A stretch of 64,000 bases of DNA. Source: the human T2T-CHM13v2.0 reference genome, Homo sapiens. The stretch is from assembly GCF_009914755.1 (NCBI RefSeq), contig NC_060937.1, one strand, 5' to 3'. Below are positions 63,703-64,000 of the stretch, one piece after another. Position 1 is the stretch's first letter. Each line of letters starts with the position of its first letter. The translations under genes and the position numbers were made by a program. The notes below the pieces were generated by a model, which made no database searches, was not told where the DNA came from, and was given only the letters and a program-made list of their open reading frames with translations.

Positions 63703-64000
63703 CCCCAATCCCTTATTTCCACGCCCCAACCTCTTATCTCTGCCCCCCAATCGCTTATTTCCGCACCCCAACCTCTTATCTCTGTGCCCCAATCCCTTAT
63801 TTCTACACCCCAACCTCTTATCTCTGCACCCCAATCCCTTATTTCCATGCCCCAACCTCGTATCTCTGCACCCCAATCTCTTATTTCCGTACCCCAACCT
63901 CATATCTCTGCACCCCAATCCCTTATTTCCGCACCCCAACCTCTTATATCTCTGAGCCCCAATCCCTTATTTCCACACCCCGACCTCTTATTTCTGCGCC
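63703..64000 (+). repeat. 21-bp alternating (42-bp dimer) VNTR within HERV-H
   Basis: 14 units alternating ccccaatcccttatttccNNN and ccccaacctcttatctctgNN, cut off by the window end. Confidence 0.95.

Larger units (their letters stand above)
63096..64000 (+). mobile_element. HERV-H internal leader region, continues beyond the window
   Basis: gacctcccttgggagatcaatcccctg...gagaaagatccacctatgacctcaggtcctcagaccgaccagccc; splice donor cag/gtaagc at 63241/63242. Confidence 0.95.

Noticed and set aside
63504-63939. Repetitive peptide ORFs and a CRISPR-like periodic array
   Set aside because: Translations of the HERV-H VNTR; units are contiguous with no unique spacers and there are no cas genes

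Overview
Primate (human or great-ape-like) AT-rich, gene-poor nuclear DNA. No protein-coding gene, rRNA, tRNA or CRISPR array is supported; the ORFs in the track are Alu, L1 or tandem-repeat translations or chance ORFs. Much of the window is interspersed repeat: about 18 Alus or Alu fragments (many with readable target-site duplications), L1PA, L1MA and L1MB-MD LINE-1 fossils (two adjacent twin-primed L1s and one near-full-length old L1), MaLR and MLT2 LTRs, an ERV-L internal remnant with a decayed dUTPase, MER50 and LTR9 solo LTRs, and at the right edge the 5' LTR7 and leader of a HERV-H provirus with a 21/42-bp VNTR. Most noteworthy: a possible LTR9 (octamer) plus LTR7up/HERV-H pluripotency module; a 132-nt hairpin made by inverted duplication inside an Alu, plus several perfected palindromes inside repeats; two twin-primed L1s forming a 4.6-kb mirror structure; one MLT1A-L1 junction present twice in inverted orientation; and a few candidate exons and enhancer-like unique segments. 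I found no strong evidence of a wholly new biological system. Family and subfamily calls come from recalled consensus sequences, not from a RepeatMasker run, and boundaries of old repeats are approximate.
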